This document shows positions 19,085 to 28,435 of a DNA stretch of 64,000 nt, one piece after another (positions within the stretch are counted from its first letter, which is position 1; each line of letters starts with the position of its first letter). The notes beneath the pieces were generated by a model that had not been told where the DNA came from, ran no database searches, and saw only the letters and a list, made by a program, of their open reading frames with translations. The DNA is from Actinomycetales bacterium (GTDB lineage Bacteria; Actinomycetota; Actinomycetes; Actinomycetales; CAVURS01), in contig JBJMHS010000030.1 in assembly GCA_045807245.1 (NCBI GenBank), positions 1-64,000 of the forward strand. Direction: 5' to 3'. The translations under genes and the position numbers were made by a program.

Positions 19085-19969
19085 TCAGGGAGAGCGACCC
19101 AATCGCCGCAGCAGCAGTGCGGCGGCAACGACGTACAGCAGCACGATGGCTGGCTCACCGGGGTCGTAGGACCTGGCACCAGCTACGTCAGCAGCGACCT
19201 GGAACTGCATCGCGACGATGTAGCTGGCCTGTTGCAAAACGCCCGCGAACAGTGCGATGGCGGCAAGAACGAAGCCCGACGGAGCGCGCCGCCAGCTCAG
19301 GACGACCGCCCCGGCGTACAGCGGGACAAGCAGCGTCAGGTCCAGGGCCATCGCGAGCCGCACGATGGTGTCGGTCTCGACGAGCTGGCTGCCGGGCGGT
19401 ACCTCGCCGGTGACGACGTTGTCGATCGCAAAGTACGTCCACATCGCGACCAGCCCGAGCGCCAGCATGCCGAGGATGCCCGCGATGGTCCGGACACGCG
19501 TCGCGTCCGCGAACCGTACGGCGAGGGCCGCCATGTCTATGGATGTGATGGTGAGGACGAGTGCGGTCAGGCCAACGCCAAAGACTGCGACGTGGAGCAG
19601 GAAGAGGTCGTTGAACCCAGTTCCGAACAGGTAGTACGCGTAGGTGTAGACCAGGTTGGCGACCAAGCTCGCGGCGAGCAGCTGTCCCAAGAGCGATCCA
19701 CGCCGCGCCAGCCATGACGTGACGGCCAGGCTGGGTACGGTCACAATCGCCGTGACGAGGTCGTAGCCGCGGAACATGGTCGCGGTCGAGGCGGCTCCGG
19801 TGTAGACCCCGTCGATCAACAAGCCCCCGAGAGCCGCGGTCAGCGCTAGCGCTGTGAGCAGAATCGTCAGCAGGTACCACGCCGCGCTTGCGCCGCCCAC
19901 GCGACCGGCAGGACTGTGGGCGGAAAGGTCCCCGACGGGCGACGGTGGCGTGCCCGCAGTGCTCGTCAT
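19085..19969 (-). CDS. Polytopic membrane protein of unknown function
   Basis: About 8 TMs. Similar to the N-terminal part of 53296..54603 (ARRGS...Y...LF.T.FN.LF.L.V...DL.L..P). Confidence 0.8.
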   Translation of the reverse strand: MTSTAGTPPSPVGDLSAHSPAGRVGGASAAWYLLTILLTALALTAALGGLLIDGVYTGAASTATMFRGYDLVTAIVTVPSLAVTSWLARRGSLLGQLLAASLVANLVYTYAYYLFGTGFNDLFLLHVAVFGVGLTALVLTITSIDMAALAVRFADATRVRTIAGILGMLALGLVAMWTYFAIDNVVTGEVPPGSQLVETDTIVRLAMALDLTLLVPLYAGAVVLSWRRAPSGFVLAAIALFAGVLQQASYIVAMQFQVAADVAGARSYDPGEPAIVLLYVVAAALLLRRLGRSP

Positions 19970-20038
19970 CTTCCCGCTCCCTTCGTTCGGGCGTGCGGCC
20001 CGGGCGACAGGGGACCACCCCGGTGGACCCCTGCGATC

Positions 20039-20142
20039 AACGTAAGGAGGGCTCGTCGCCCGTCACAGGGTCGGATGTCCCCTCTCCGACGCGGGATCGG
20101 GGTCTTTCGCCTCTCCCCCGCCGAGACCGCTCTGAGAAGAGT
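20039..20142. promoter_or_regulatory. Divergent Dev/DosR-box promoters
   Basis: GGGTCGGATGTCCC (20068-20081) lies 23 nt from minus-strand TACGTT (20039-20044). GGGTCTTTCGCCTC (20100-20113) lies 23 nt from AAGAGT (20137-20142). Confidence 0.6.
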
Positions 20143-20149
20143 CAGATGC

Positions 20150-21109
20150 ATGAACGACGACGTCGGACCTTTCCAAGGCGTACGCCCGACCCGCCCTCCC
20201 GCCGCGATCTCGGCCTGCGGGCTGGTGAAGGACTTCGGCGGCACCCGAGCCCTGGATGAGCTAGACCTGACCATTGCGACCGGCGAGGTCCACGGTTTCC
20301 TCGGCCCCAACGGGGCCGGCAAGACGACCACGATTCGCATCCTGCTGGGCCTGCTGCGCGCGTCCGGTGGCGACGTCACGTTGCTGGGTGGCGATCCGTG
20401 GCGCCAGACCGCGGCCCTGCATCGCCGGTTGGCGTACGTGCCGGGCGAAGTGAACCTGTGGCCCAACCTGACCGGCGGTGAGGTGATCGACCTGCTCGCG
20501 AGCCTTCGCGGCAGCCTGGTGCCCTCACGTCGGGCGGAACTGCTGGAGCGCTTCGAGCTCGACCCCTGCAAGCAGGTCCGGGCTTACTCGAAGGGCAATC
20601 GGCAGAAGGTCGCACTCGTGGCGGCGTTCGCCTCGGACGTGGAGCTCTACCTGCTCGACGAGCCCACCTCGGGACTGGACCCACTCATGGAGACGGTCTT
20701 CCAGGACGTTGTCCGCTCGGTACGGGACCGCGGATGCACGGTGCTGCTGTCCAGCCATATCTTGTCCGAGGTCGAGGCCCTGTGCGACCGGGTCACGATC
20801 ATCCGGAACGGGCATGCCGCCGAGTCGGGTACCTTCGCCGACCTGCGCCACCTCACCCGCACGACAGTCGTGGTGGAGACCGCCCGGCCCCTCGCGGAGC
20901 TGGGCCTACTCAGCGAGGTGCACGACCCGAGCATCGACGGTAACCAGGCGCGGTTCAGCGTCGAGGCCGGGGACCTCAACACCGTGCTCGAGCGACTCGT
21001 GCAGTACGAGGTCCGTTCCCTGACCAGCACCCCTCCGACATTGGAAGAGCTGTTCCTGCGGCACTACGGCGAGCATCTCGACCGGTCCACGACGCTCGAA
21101 GCGGTGTGA
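20150..21109 (+). CDS. ABC exporter ATP-binding protein (TnrB2-like)
   Basis: [31 protein letters not shown] and [13 protein letters not shown]. Confidence 0.92.
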   Translation: MNDDVGPFQGVRPTRPPAAISACGLVKDFGGTRALDELDLTIATGEVHGFLGPNGAGKTTTIRILLGLLRASGGDVTLLGGDPWRQTAALHRRLAYVPGEVNLWPNLTGGEVIDLLASLRGSLVPSRRAELLERFELDPCKQVRAYSKGNRQKVALVAAFASDVELYLLDEPTSGLDPLMETVFQDVVRSVRDRGCTVLLSSHILSEVEALCDRVTIIRNGHAAESGTFADLRHLTRTTVVVETARPLAELGLLSEVHDPSIDGNQARFSVEAGDLNTVLERLVQYEVRSLTSTPPTLEELFLRHYGEHLDRSTTLEAV

Positions 21110-22751
21110 GCACCGTGCAGAGGCTCACAGGAGTTGACCTCACCGGCACTCGACGCCTGACCCGCCTGGCCTGGCGCCGCGACCGCTACACCCTCGCCGC
21201 GTGGTGGGCCGGACTGGGCCTGTTCGTGGCCGCGACGATGGCGATGTTCGAGCGGAGCCTCGCCCTCCACGAGGACGTCGTGCGGGAGACGCGGATAGTG
21301 GCGACCAACGCCGGCATGCGTCTGCTCGGGCTCACGTCGGGGCCGACCGTGGGTGGCTACATGCTGCATCGCGAATACGTCACGTTGGCGGTGCTCGCAG
21401 CACTGCTGAGCACCTTCGCGGTGATCCGGCATACCCGCCAGAACGAGGAGCTCGGCCGCGCCGAAATGCTCGGCTCCACCGTGGTCGGCCGCCACGCCGG
21501 CCTGGCCGCCGGAGTCCTCATCGCTGTGGCTGCCGACATCGTCCTGGCCGTGGTGCTCGGTGTCGCCATCGCGGTGAGCGGGCAGCCCGTTGGGGGCGCT
21601 CTGCTGGCTGGCGCGTCCGTCGCCGCCGTCGGACTGGTCTGGGTCGGTGTCGCCGCGGTCGCCTGCCAGCTCTCCTCCACCACGCGCGGTGCCGCTGGAA
21701 TCGCGGCCGGCGCCCTCCGGGTCGCGTTCGCACTCAGCGGCATCGGCAACATGATGGGCACCGTCGACCAGGCTGGCCTGGTGGTGAACAGCGCTTGGCC
21801 GGCCTGGCTATCGCCGATCGGGTGGGGACAGCAGACGCGCCCCTTCGGTGCGGCCCACTGGTGGCCGTTGCTCATCGCTCTGGCCGCCCTCGGGATCCTG
21901 CTCGCCACAGCAGTTGCACTCGCTTCCCGCCGCGATGTCGGCCGAGGCCTGTGGCCTGAGCGACGCGGTCACGCGCAGGCGACGCGTGGCCTGCTCAGCC
22001 CGGCGGGCCTGGTGTGGCGGCTGCAACGCGGCGCGTTCATCGGATGGGCCTCGGCCCTGACGATCTTCGGACTCATCTTCGGCAACTTGACCGAGCAGAT
22101 TCGGGGCCTCGAAGGCCACTCCAAGGACTGGTGGATCGAGGCGGGCGGCACCGAGCAGGTCGTCGATGCCTACAAGGTCTCGATCATCCAGATGGCTGGC
22201 ATGTTCGTCGCGATCTACCTGGTCCAGGTCCTTCTGCGGATGCGCGCCGACGAGACTGGCGGGACGCTCGAATCCATCCTCGCCTCCGGCGTCACGCGGA
22301 CGCGCTGGCTTGCCGGACACCTGGTCAACGCAATCGCGGGCTCGTCGTGCTCATGGCGCTCTTCGGGTTATGTATGGGACTGAGCGCCGGACAGGTACTC
22401 GGGAACACCGGCAGCCAGGCCCGCGAGCTCGTCTGGGCCGGCGTCGTACAGGTCCCCGGCATCCTGGTCCTCGGTGCGGCCGTAGTCGCCGTCATTTGCC
22501 TGCTGCCGCGCTGGTCCGTTGCGGCGAGCTGGGCCCTCCTCCTCGCCACGATCGTGGTCGGACCAATGTTCGGCCCCGGACTCAACCTGCCCCGGGGCGT
22601 GCAGGACATCTCGCCGTTCACCCACAGTCCCAAGGCGCCGGCTGTCGTAGTTGCCGTCGCACCGCTGGTCGCACTCGCTGCCGTCTGTCTTGGCCTCGCC
22701 GTCACCGCGCTCCTCGCACTTCGACGCCGCAATCTGGCCCTTCCGACCTAG
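21106..22751 (+). pseudogene. ABC exporter permease (TnrB3-like), split by a -1 frameshift near 22340
   Basis: ORF 21106-22383 (RHTRQNEELGRAEM, WLSPIGW, RRDVG) turns non-hydrophobic after NAIAG. The hydrophobic C-terminus (LVVLMALFG...ISPFTH...RRRNL) continues in the 22014-22751 frame. Confidence 0.8.
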
Positions 22752-22791
22752 CCGGTCAGGGGGCACGCGAGCGAAAGCTGGTCGATGGCAC

Positions 22792-23988
22792 TCAGCGCAT
22801 GTTGCCCGTGTGGCCCAGGGAGTAGCGCCCGGGCTGCGGCCACACGCACAGGCCGTGTGGTCCCCGACCGACCGGGATGCGGTGCAGGAGACGTCCGGTG
22901 CGGGTGTCGATGACGTACACGACGGAGTTGTAGCGGCCGGACAGCCACAGCTGCGTCCCGTCGGCCGACACGCCTCCCATGTCCGGAGAGCCGCCGCCGG
23001 GCAGATGCCAGGTAGTGGTGACGCGCAGCGTGCTGGCGTCCAGTACCGAGACCGATCCGGCCATCCGGTTTGAGACGTAGAAGTCGCGCGCATCGCGGCT
23101 CGGGTAGATGCCGTGCGCGCCGGCTCCGGTGTGGACGAACCCGCGGACCCGGAAGGCGTGGGCGTCGATCAGCCAGACCCCTCCGCGGGCCATGTCCGCC
23201 ACCAGGAACGTGCGGCCGTCAGGAGCCAGGCGCACGTCTTGTGGCATCGAGGAAGGAGAGAGTGAGATCGTCTTGGTGACGCGGGTGCCGTCCGCCGGGA
23301 CGACGATGAGGTTCCCGGAGAACTCGCAGCTGGCCAGGAACATGGAGCCGTCGGCGGTGAAGTCGGCGTGGTTCACACCCTTGCACGGCACCCGCAGCGA
23401 GTGCTGCAGCGTCATCGTCCTGGGGTTGCGGAAGTCGATTCGGCGCAGCCGCTCGGCCATGACCAAGGCGCTTCGGCCGTCCGGTGTGAAGTAGAGGTTG
23501 TAGGGATCGGCGACCGCTACCCGACGTACCGGACGGCCCGTTGTCGGATCGATGGCGGTGAGGTGGTTGCCGCTCGACTCGTTGACCCACAACGTCTTGA
23601 GGTCCCAGGACGGTACGACGTGCTGGGGGGTTGCGGTCGTCCGGAAGGATCGGATCACGCGGTACGTGCGCGGGTCGATGACGTCCACGGTGTCGGACTC
23701 GCTGTTGGGCACGTAGACCAGCGTCCTGGCGGTCCGCGCCACCGTCGACAGGTCGCCCGAAGTCGTTGCGGCGTAAACATTGATGGCGACCGGCGTGGTT
23801 GCTGGAGGGCTTGATGGAGTCGCGGACGACGGCGAGTGCGTGGCGGTCATCGAGGTTGCGGTCGATGCGGGGCCAGAGGCGTGGGTGCACGCGCAGGAGC
23901 CGGCGGCAACGGCCGCTGCCGCGAGCGCGATGCGCAGCGACACCGCCCGCGGGGAACGCCGCGGCCGCGATGCACGGGGAAAGGTCAC
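22792..23988 (-). CDS. YVTN/YncE-family beta-propeller protein, probably an exported lipoprotein
   Basis: Signal peptide with Cys and an S/T/P linker. Propeller repeats VYVPNSESDTVDVID, YVSNRMAGSVSVLD and IPVGRGPHG. Confidence 0.85.
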   Translation of the reverse strand: MTFPRASRPRRSPRAVSLRIALAAAAVAAGSCACTHASGPASTATSMTATHSPSSATPSSPPATTPVAINVYAATTSGDLSTVARTARTLVYVPNSESDTVDVIDPRTYRVIRSFRTTATPQHVVPSWDLKTLWVNESSGNHLTAIDPTTGRPVRRVAVADPYNLYFTPDGRSALVMAERLRRIDFRNPRTMTLQHSLRVPCKGVNHADFTADGSMFLASCEFSGNLIVVPADGTRVTKTISLSPSSMPQDVRLAPDGRTFLVADMARGGVWLIDAHAFRVRGFVHTGAGAHGIYPSRDARDFYVSNRMAGSVSVLDASTLRVTTTWHLPGGGSPDMGGVSADGTQLWLSGRYNSVVYVIDTRTGRLLHRIPVGRGPHGLCVWPQPGRYSLGHTGNMR

Positions 23989-24791
23989 GAGCCGGCCAGC
24001 AGTTCGCCTGCAGTCACGGCGCGCAGTCCCCGCCGCCGCAGCATGTCAAGCAGGGCGGGGAGCGCCGTCATGGTGCCTGCATGGCCGAGATGAAGGCTGA
24101 CGATCGATCCGCGTCGCACCCGGGCGGAGACGGTGCGGACGATCGCTGTCGGCCCGGGATCGGTGTAGTCCAGGGAGTCGACGTCGTAGGCCAGGCATCG
24201 GGGGTAGCCGGCTCTCTGCGCCGCGGCGCGGATCATCGGTGTGCTCCGCGGCGTCCCGCTCGGTCGGAACCAAGCGCCCACATCGCCGACCTGTCTCTTC
24301 AGCTCGCTTGCTGCCCGGTCTGTCTCGTGCTGGAGCTGTCCCTGGCTCAGCCGGGTCATCGTGCGGTGGCTCCAGGTGTGGTTGCCGACCTCATGCCCCG
24401 CGTCGACCAACCTGGGCAACACATCGGGGTTGGCGGCTGCCCATTGACCGACCGCAAGGACAGTAACGTGACTCGCCTGCGCGCGGGTCAACGCGATGAG
24501 CCTGTCCACCAGGAGTGGGTCCCCCGCGCCGTGGAACGTGAGCGCCACCTCCTGACTGGTCCGCGGTCCATGGGTGATGTCGCTGCCATTCGCTGGACCG
24601 GTCGCGGACGTGCTGGCCGGAGACGGGTCGGCGGTGGGACTCCCGTACGCCGGCGTTTCGCCGGGTGGCTGCGTCTCCTTGCCCGCCCTGGTGGATGACC
24701 CCGGGCTGCAGCTGCTGAGGGCGGCGGCTCCCAGGCCGGCGAGACCGAGGACTGTCCGCCGGGGCAGCCGAGATGAGTCCTGCTGGGTCAC
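23985..24791 (-). CDS. Polysaccharide deacetylase (NodB/CE4) family Tat lipoprotein
   Basis: RRTVLG...LSSC signal. VALTFHGAGD, GHEVGNHTWSH, WFRP, DSLDY and GSIVSLH. Confidence 0.85.
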   Translation of the reverse strand: MTQQDSSRLPRRTVLGLAGLGAAALSSCSPGSSTRAGKETQPPGETPAYGSPTADPSPASTSATGPANGSDITHGPRTSQEVALTFHGAGDPLLVDRLIALTRAQASHVTVLAVGQWAAANPDVLPRLVDAGHEVGNHTWSHRTMTRLSQGQLQHETDRAASELKRQVGDVGAWFRPSGTPRSTPMIRAAAQRAGYPRCLAYDVDSLDYTDPGPTAIVRTVSARVRRGSIVSLHLGHAGTMTALPALLDMLRRRGLRAVTAGELLAGS

Positions 24792-24886
24792 CGAGCGACC
24801 GTACGACTCCCTCGGTTAGCTCACGGCAATACGTTGCCCGGTCGTTAGTGCTCATCCAGGGACGCCGCATGAGCAAGCACATGGTT

Positions 24887-24918
24887 GTGCCCGGAGCCGA
24901 ACATCCGGCTCCGGGCAC
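24887..24918 (-). terminator. Hairpin terminator after 24945..25526
   Basis: GTGCCCGGAGCCG-aacatc-CGGCTCCGGGCAC, a 13-bp perfect stem. Confidence 0.7.
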
Positions 24919-24944
24919 GTACCGCTCGCGACAGCGTCTGGCGG

Positions 24945-25526
24945 TCAGCCGACGGTCAGGGGCTGCGTCACTTCGCGTGGTACGGCGATCGTCTCGAGCT
25001 TCGCCCGGCCGCTGTGCCACAGCCCGAGCGCCGCCAAGAAGATCAAGCCACCCGCTGCGACGAAGGACACGATCGCGGCGATGCCGGCGATGGTGGCCAT
25101 GGTGCCGAATGCGTAGGCGTTGAGCAGCAGGCCGCGGAGCGTCTCGCCCTTGAACATCGTGGCGACCTGTCCCTGGAGCTTGGCGTCGTCAGGAGTCGCC
25201 TGCGCCTTGGCGCTCAGCTGCGCGTAGGTCTGGCCGCCCGCGACTTCGTTGAGGTGTACGGCGATGAAGTGGTCGGCGTACGTCCGGGCCTGGGCTCCGG
25301 TCGTCAGCTGCTGGCCGGCGTACTGCTGCATCTCCTTGAACTCCGGCCCGGCGATGGCTTCGCTCCCCTTCGGCGGGAAGAAGATCTTCTGCGCCGCGAG
25401 CTGGTCGTGGACCTGGGTCGAGACGAAGTTGTTGGCCCAGGTCAGCATCCCGCCCGCTGCGATCAGCACAGCGGCCACGATGAGGCCGACGGAGCTGACG
25501 AGCTTGTCGAGTGTCGTGCGCTTCAT
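24945..25526 (-). CDS. Conserved actinobacterial two-TM membrane protein
   Basis: Strong RBS AAGGAG. QVHDQLAAQKIFFP...YADHFIAVHL...GETLRGLLLNAYAF. Alternative start at 25532. Confidence 0.85.
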   Translation of the reverse strand: MKRTTLDKLVSSVGLIVAAVLIAAGGMLTWANNFVSTQVHDQLAAQKIFFPPKGSEAIAGPEFKEMQQYAGQQLTTGAQARTYADHFIAVHLNEVAGGQTYAQLSAKAQATPDDAKLQGQVATMFKGETLRGLLLNAYAFGTMATIAGIAAIVSFVAAGGLIFLAALGLWHSGRAKLETIAVPREVTQPLTVG

Positions 25527-25584
25527 GGTCATCTCCTTATGACTAGGGCCTCGGCTTCGGTTGGCCGCATGTCCCTCTGTCTCG

Positions 25585-25715
25585 ATGGTTGGCCCAACGA
25601 CTACCTACCGACCTGGGCCGAAAGTCCCGCGTGCGGCTGAAAAGGTCCCGATCTCCCCGACTGTGGCTCCTGGTGACCTTGGACCCTTTCGGACCGGCCT
25701 CGGCGCGCCCACGCT
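25585..25715. promoter_or_regulatory. Divergent Dev/DosR-box promoters
   Basis: GGGCCGAAAGTCCC (25615-25628) lies 24 nt from minus-strand AACCAT. GTGACCTTGGACCC (25673-25686) lies 23 nt from CACGCT. Confidence 0.7.
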
Positions 25716-25751
25716 GGCGCAACAGTGTTGTGAGAGAGGGAGGACTGGGCT

Positions 25752-28328
25752 GTGCATGCTGCTGCGACGACTTCGGCCGACGAGGTCGTCGCGCAGCTGG
25801 CCAGCGATGCCGAGCACGGGTTGTCGAGTGACGAGGCGGCGCGCCGGCTCGCCGCGGACGGGCCGAACGCCGTGCGCGACCACCGAGCGCGGGCATTCGG
25901 CGTCCTGCTGCGCCAGCTTCGCAGCCCGCTGTTGATCCTGCTCTCCGCTACGGCCGCGCTCTCCTACGGTCTCGGCGAGCACACCAACGCGGTCATCATC
26001 GGCCTGATCCTGGTCGGCAGCGTGGGGCTGGGTTTCGTCAACGAGTACCGCGCCGAGCGGGCGAGCCAGGCGTTGCACTCAGGCATCCACCACCTGGCGC
26101 TCGTCATCCGCGACGGTCAGCCTCGACAGGTCGACGTCGTCGATCTCGTGCCGGGTGACGTCGTACATCTGTCGGTCGGCAGCGTCGTCCCAGCTGACAT
26201 CCGTCTCTTCGCGACAACGGCGATGGAGTGCGACGAGAGCGTGCTGACCGGGGAGTCGATGCCCTCGGCCAAGTCACCCGTCTCGTCCTCGGCCGGTGTG
26301 AGCCTGGCCGACACCGGATGCATCGCGTGGATGGGCACCGTCGTCCACAACGGCTCCGGAGCCGGTGTGGTTGTCGCGACCGGTGCACACACGGAGTTCG
26401 GGATCATCGCGGCCGGGCTGGGCGAGCGCGAGCAAGAGACTGAGTTCCAGCTCGGTCTGCGACGCTTCTCGGGCTTGCTGCTCCAGGTAGCTCTGGTGTT
26501 GTCGGTGCTCATCCTGACGACCAACCTGCTGTTGAGCCGGCCATTCATCGACTCCGTGCTGTTCTCCCTGGCCATCGCCGTCGGCATCACTCCGCAGCTG
26601 CTCCCTGCCGTCGTGAGTACCAGCCTGGCTGCGGGTTCTCGTCAGCTGGCCCGACGCAAGGTGCTCGTCAAACGACTCGTCTGCATCGAGGACCTGGGCG
26701 ACCTCGACGTCCTCGTCACGGACAAGACGGGCACGTTGACCGAGGGCGCGATCAGCTTCGAGGTGGCGCTGGCACCCGACGGGTCGCCGTCACCGGAGCC
26801 GATGTTGCTCGGGCTGCTGGCCAGCGACGTCGAGGCCAGTGCCGGCCGTGCGGTCGGGGGCAACCCGCTCGACGTCGCGCTCTCGGAGGCTGCGGCTGAC
26901 GGAACCACCAGCGGTTACACAAGAGTCGGGGCGCTGCCGTTCGACTACCAGCGCCAGCGCTCGTCGGCCGTGGTCGCGTCGGCAGACGGTCGGCGCCTGC
27001 TGGTCGTCAAAGGGGCGCCCGAGTCCGTCCTGGCCGCGTGCCTCGACACGGGGCCCGATGCAGCCGCGGTGCTCGCCGATCTGTACGCGCGCGGTGGGCG
27101 GGTCATCGCCGTAGCGAGCCGGGCGGTTGCCGACGATGTCGTTCATCCGACCCCCGCCGACGAACGCGACCTGGCACTGGCGGGGTTCCTGGTCTTCCGC
27201 GACCCGCCGAAGACCTCCGCTGCGCGGTCACTGCAACGCCTGCGCAACCTCGGCATCGACGTCAAGGTGGCGACGGGTGACAGTGCCGCGGTGGCCCGGC
27301 AGCTGTGCGGCGCGCTGGGCATCGACGTGGGCACGGTCTTGACCGGTGCGGACGTGGAGGCGCTCGGAGACGAGGGTCTGGCTGGAGTCGTGATGTCGTG
27401 CAACGTCTTCGCCCGCATCTCGCCGGAGCAGAAGGCACGCATCGTGGGCGCGCTGAGGCACAACGGGCGGGCCGTCGGTTTCCTGGGCGACGGGGTCAAC
27501 GACGCGCTGGCGCTGCACAAGGCCGACATCGGCATCTCCGTGGACACCGGCGCGGACGTCGCGAAGGACGCGGCCGACATCGTCCTGCTGGAGAAGAGCC
27601 TCGACGTCCTCGCTGACGGCGTCGCGGAGGGCCGGCGGATCTTCGCCAACACGATCAAGTACGTCCTGATGGGCACGTCGAGCAACTTCGGCAACATGTT
27701 CAGCGCAGCGGCCGCATCCGCCGTACTGCCCTTCCTCCCGATGCTGCCCTCGCAGATCCTGCTCAACAACCTGCTGTACGACGCGGGGCAGCTGACCATC
27801 CCGACCGACAACGTCGACGAGGAGCAGCACAGGGCGCCCTCGCACTGGGACATCCACTTCATCCGGCGGTTCATGATGTTCTTCGGCCCGGTCAGCTCGC
27901 TGTTCGACTTCCTGACCTTCGGCATCATGCTGGGGCCGCTGCACGCCGGAGCGGACCTGTTCCGCTCCGGGTGGTTCGTCGAGTCGCTGGCCACCCAGAC
28001 GCTGGTGATCTTCGCGATCCGCACGCGGCGGACTCCCTTCCTCCGCAGCCGCGCCAGTCGCCCCTTGACCGTCGCGTCCCTCGGAGTGGTGCTGGTCGCC
28101 GCCGTCCTTCCCCTGTCGCCCCTCGCCGACGTCCTGGGCTTCGCCGCTCCACCGGTCACCTTCTACGTCGCTCTGGTGGCCATGGTCCTGGCGTACCTCG
28201 CCCTCGTCGAGTTCGGCAAGCGACTCTTCTTCGCCGGTGAACGCCAGGCAGCCGGCACCGCCGGACCGCGAGTTCGCGGTCACCATGCACGGGTCAACCG
28301 CCGAGCGGCCAGGTTCGGCCTCAGGTAG
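25752..28328 (+). CDS. mgtA: Magnesium-translocating P-type ATPase
   Basis: TGES, DKTGTLT, KGAPE and GDGVND. MgtA-type YVLMGTSSNFGNMFS, NNLLYD and SGWFVESL. Confidence 0.88.
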   Translation: MHAAATTSADEVVAQLASDAEHGLSSDEAARRLAADGPNAVRDHRARAFGVLLRQLRSPLLILLSATAALSYGLGEHTNAVIIGLILVGSVGLGFVNEYRAERASQALHSGIHHLALVIRDGQPRQVDVVDLVPGDVVHLSVGSVVPADIRLFATTAMECDESVLTGESMPSAKSPVSSSAGVSLADTGCIAWMGTVVHNGSGAGVVVATGAHTEFGIIAAGLGEREQETEFQLGLRRFSGLLLQVALVLSVLILTTNLLLSRPFIDSVLFSLAIAVGITPQLLPAVVSTSLAAGSRQLARRKVLVKRLVCIEDLGDLDVLVTDKTGTLTEGAISFEVALAPDGSPSPEPMLLGLLASDVEASAGRAVGGNPLDVALSEAAADGTTSGYTRVGALPFDYQRQRSSAVVASADGRRLLVVKGAPESVLAACLDTGPDAAAVLADLYARGGRVIAVASRAVADDVVHPTPADERDLALAGFLVFRDPPKTSAARSLQRLRNLGIDVKVATGDSAAVARQLCGALGIDVGTVLTGADVEALGDEGLAGVVMSCNVFARISPEQKARIVGALRHNGRAVGFLGDGVNDALALHKADIGISVDTGADVAKDAADIVLLEKSLDVLADGVAEGRRIFANTIKYVLMGTSSNFGNMFSAAAASAVLPFLPMLPSQILLNNLLYDAGQLTIPTDNVDEEQHRAPSHWDIHFIRRFMMFFGPVSSLFDFLTFGIMLGPLHAGADLFRSGWFVESLATQTLVIFAIRTRRTPFLRSRASRPLTVASLGVVLVAAVLPLSPLADVLGFAAPPVTFYVALVAMVLAYLALVEFGKRLFFAGERQAAGTAGPRVRGHHARVNRRAARFGLR

Positions 28329-28390
28329 CCCAAGATCGCCGGCCCATCGCGAGCAGCCAGAGAGCAGACTTCCTCACGCTCAGACAGGCG

Positions 28391-28433
28391 GTGACCTTGG
28401 ACCCTGGCCGGTCGGCGCTGTCACGGGAAGGCT
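28391..28433 (+). promoter_or_regulatory. Dev/DosR-box promoter
   Basis: GTGACCTTGGACCC (identical to the 25673 box), 23-nt gap, AAGGCT. Confidence 0.65.
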
Positions 28434-28435
28434 CG

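Noticed and set aside
24824..24876. Inverted repeats ggcaa-tacg-ttgcc and tgctcat...atgagca upstream of the deacetylase
   Set aside because: Short and could be chance or an unidentified operator. No supporting second copy.
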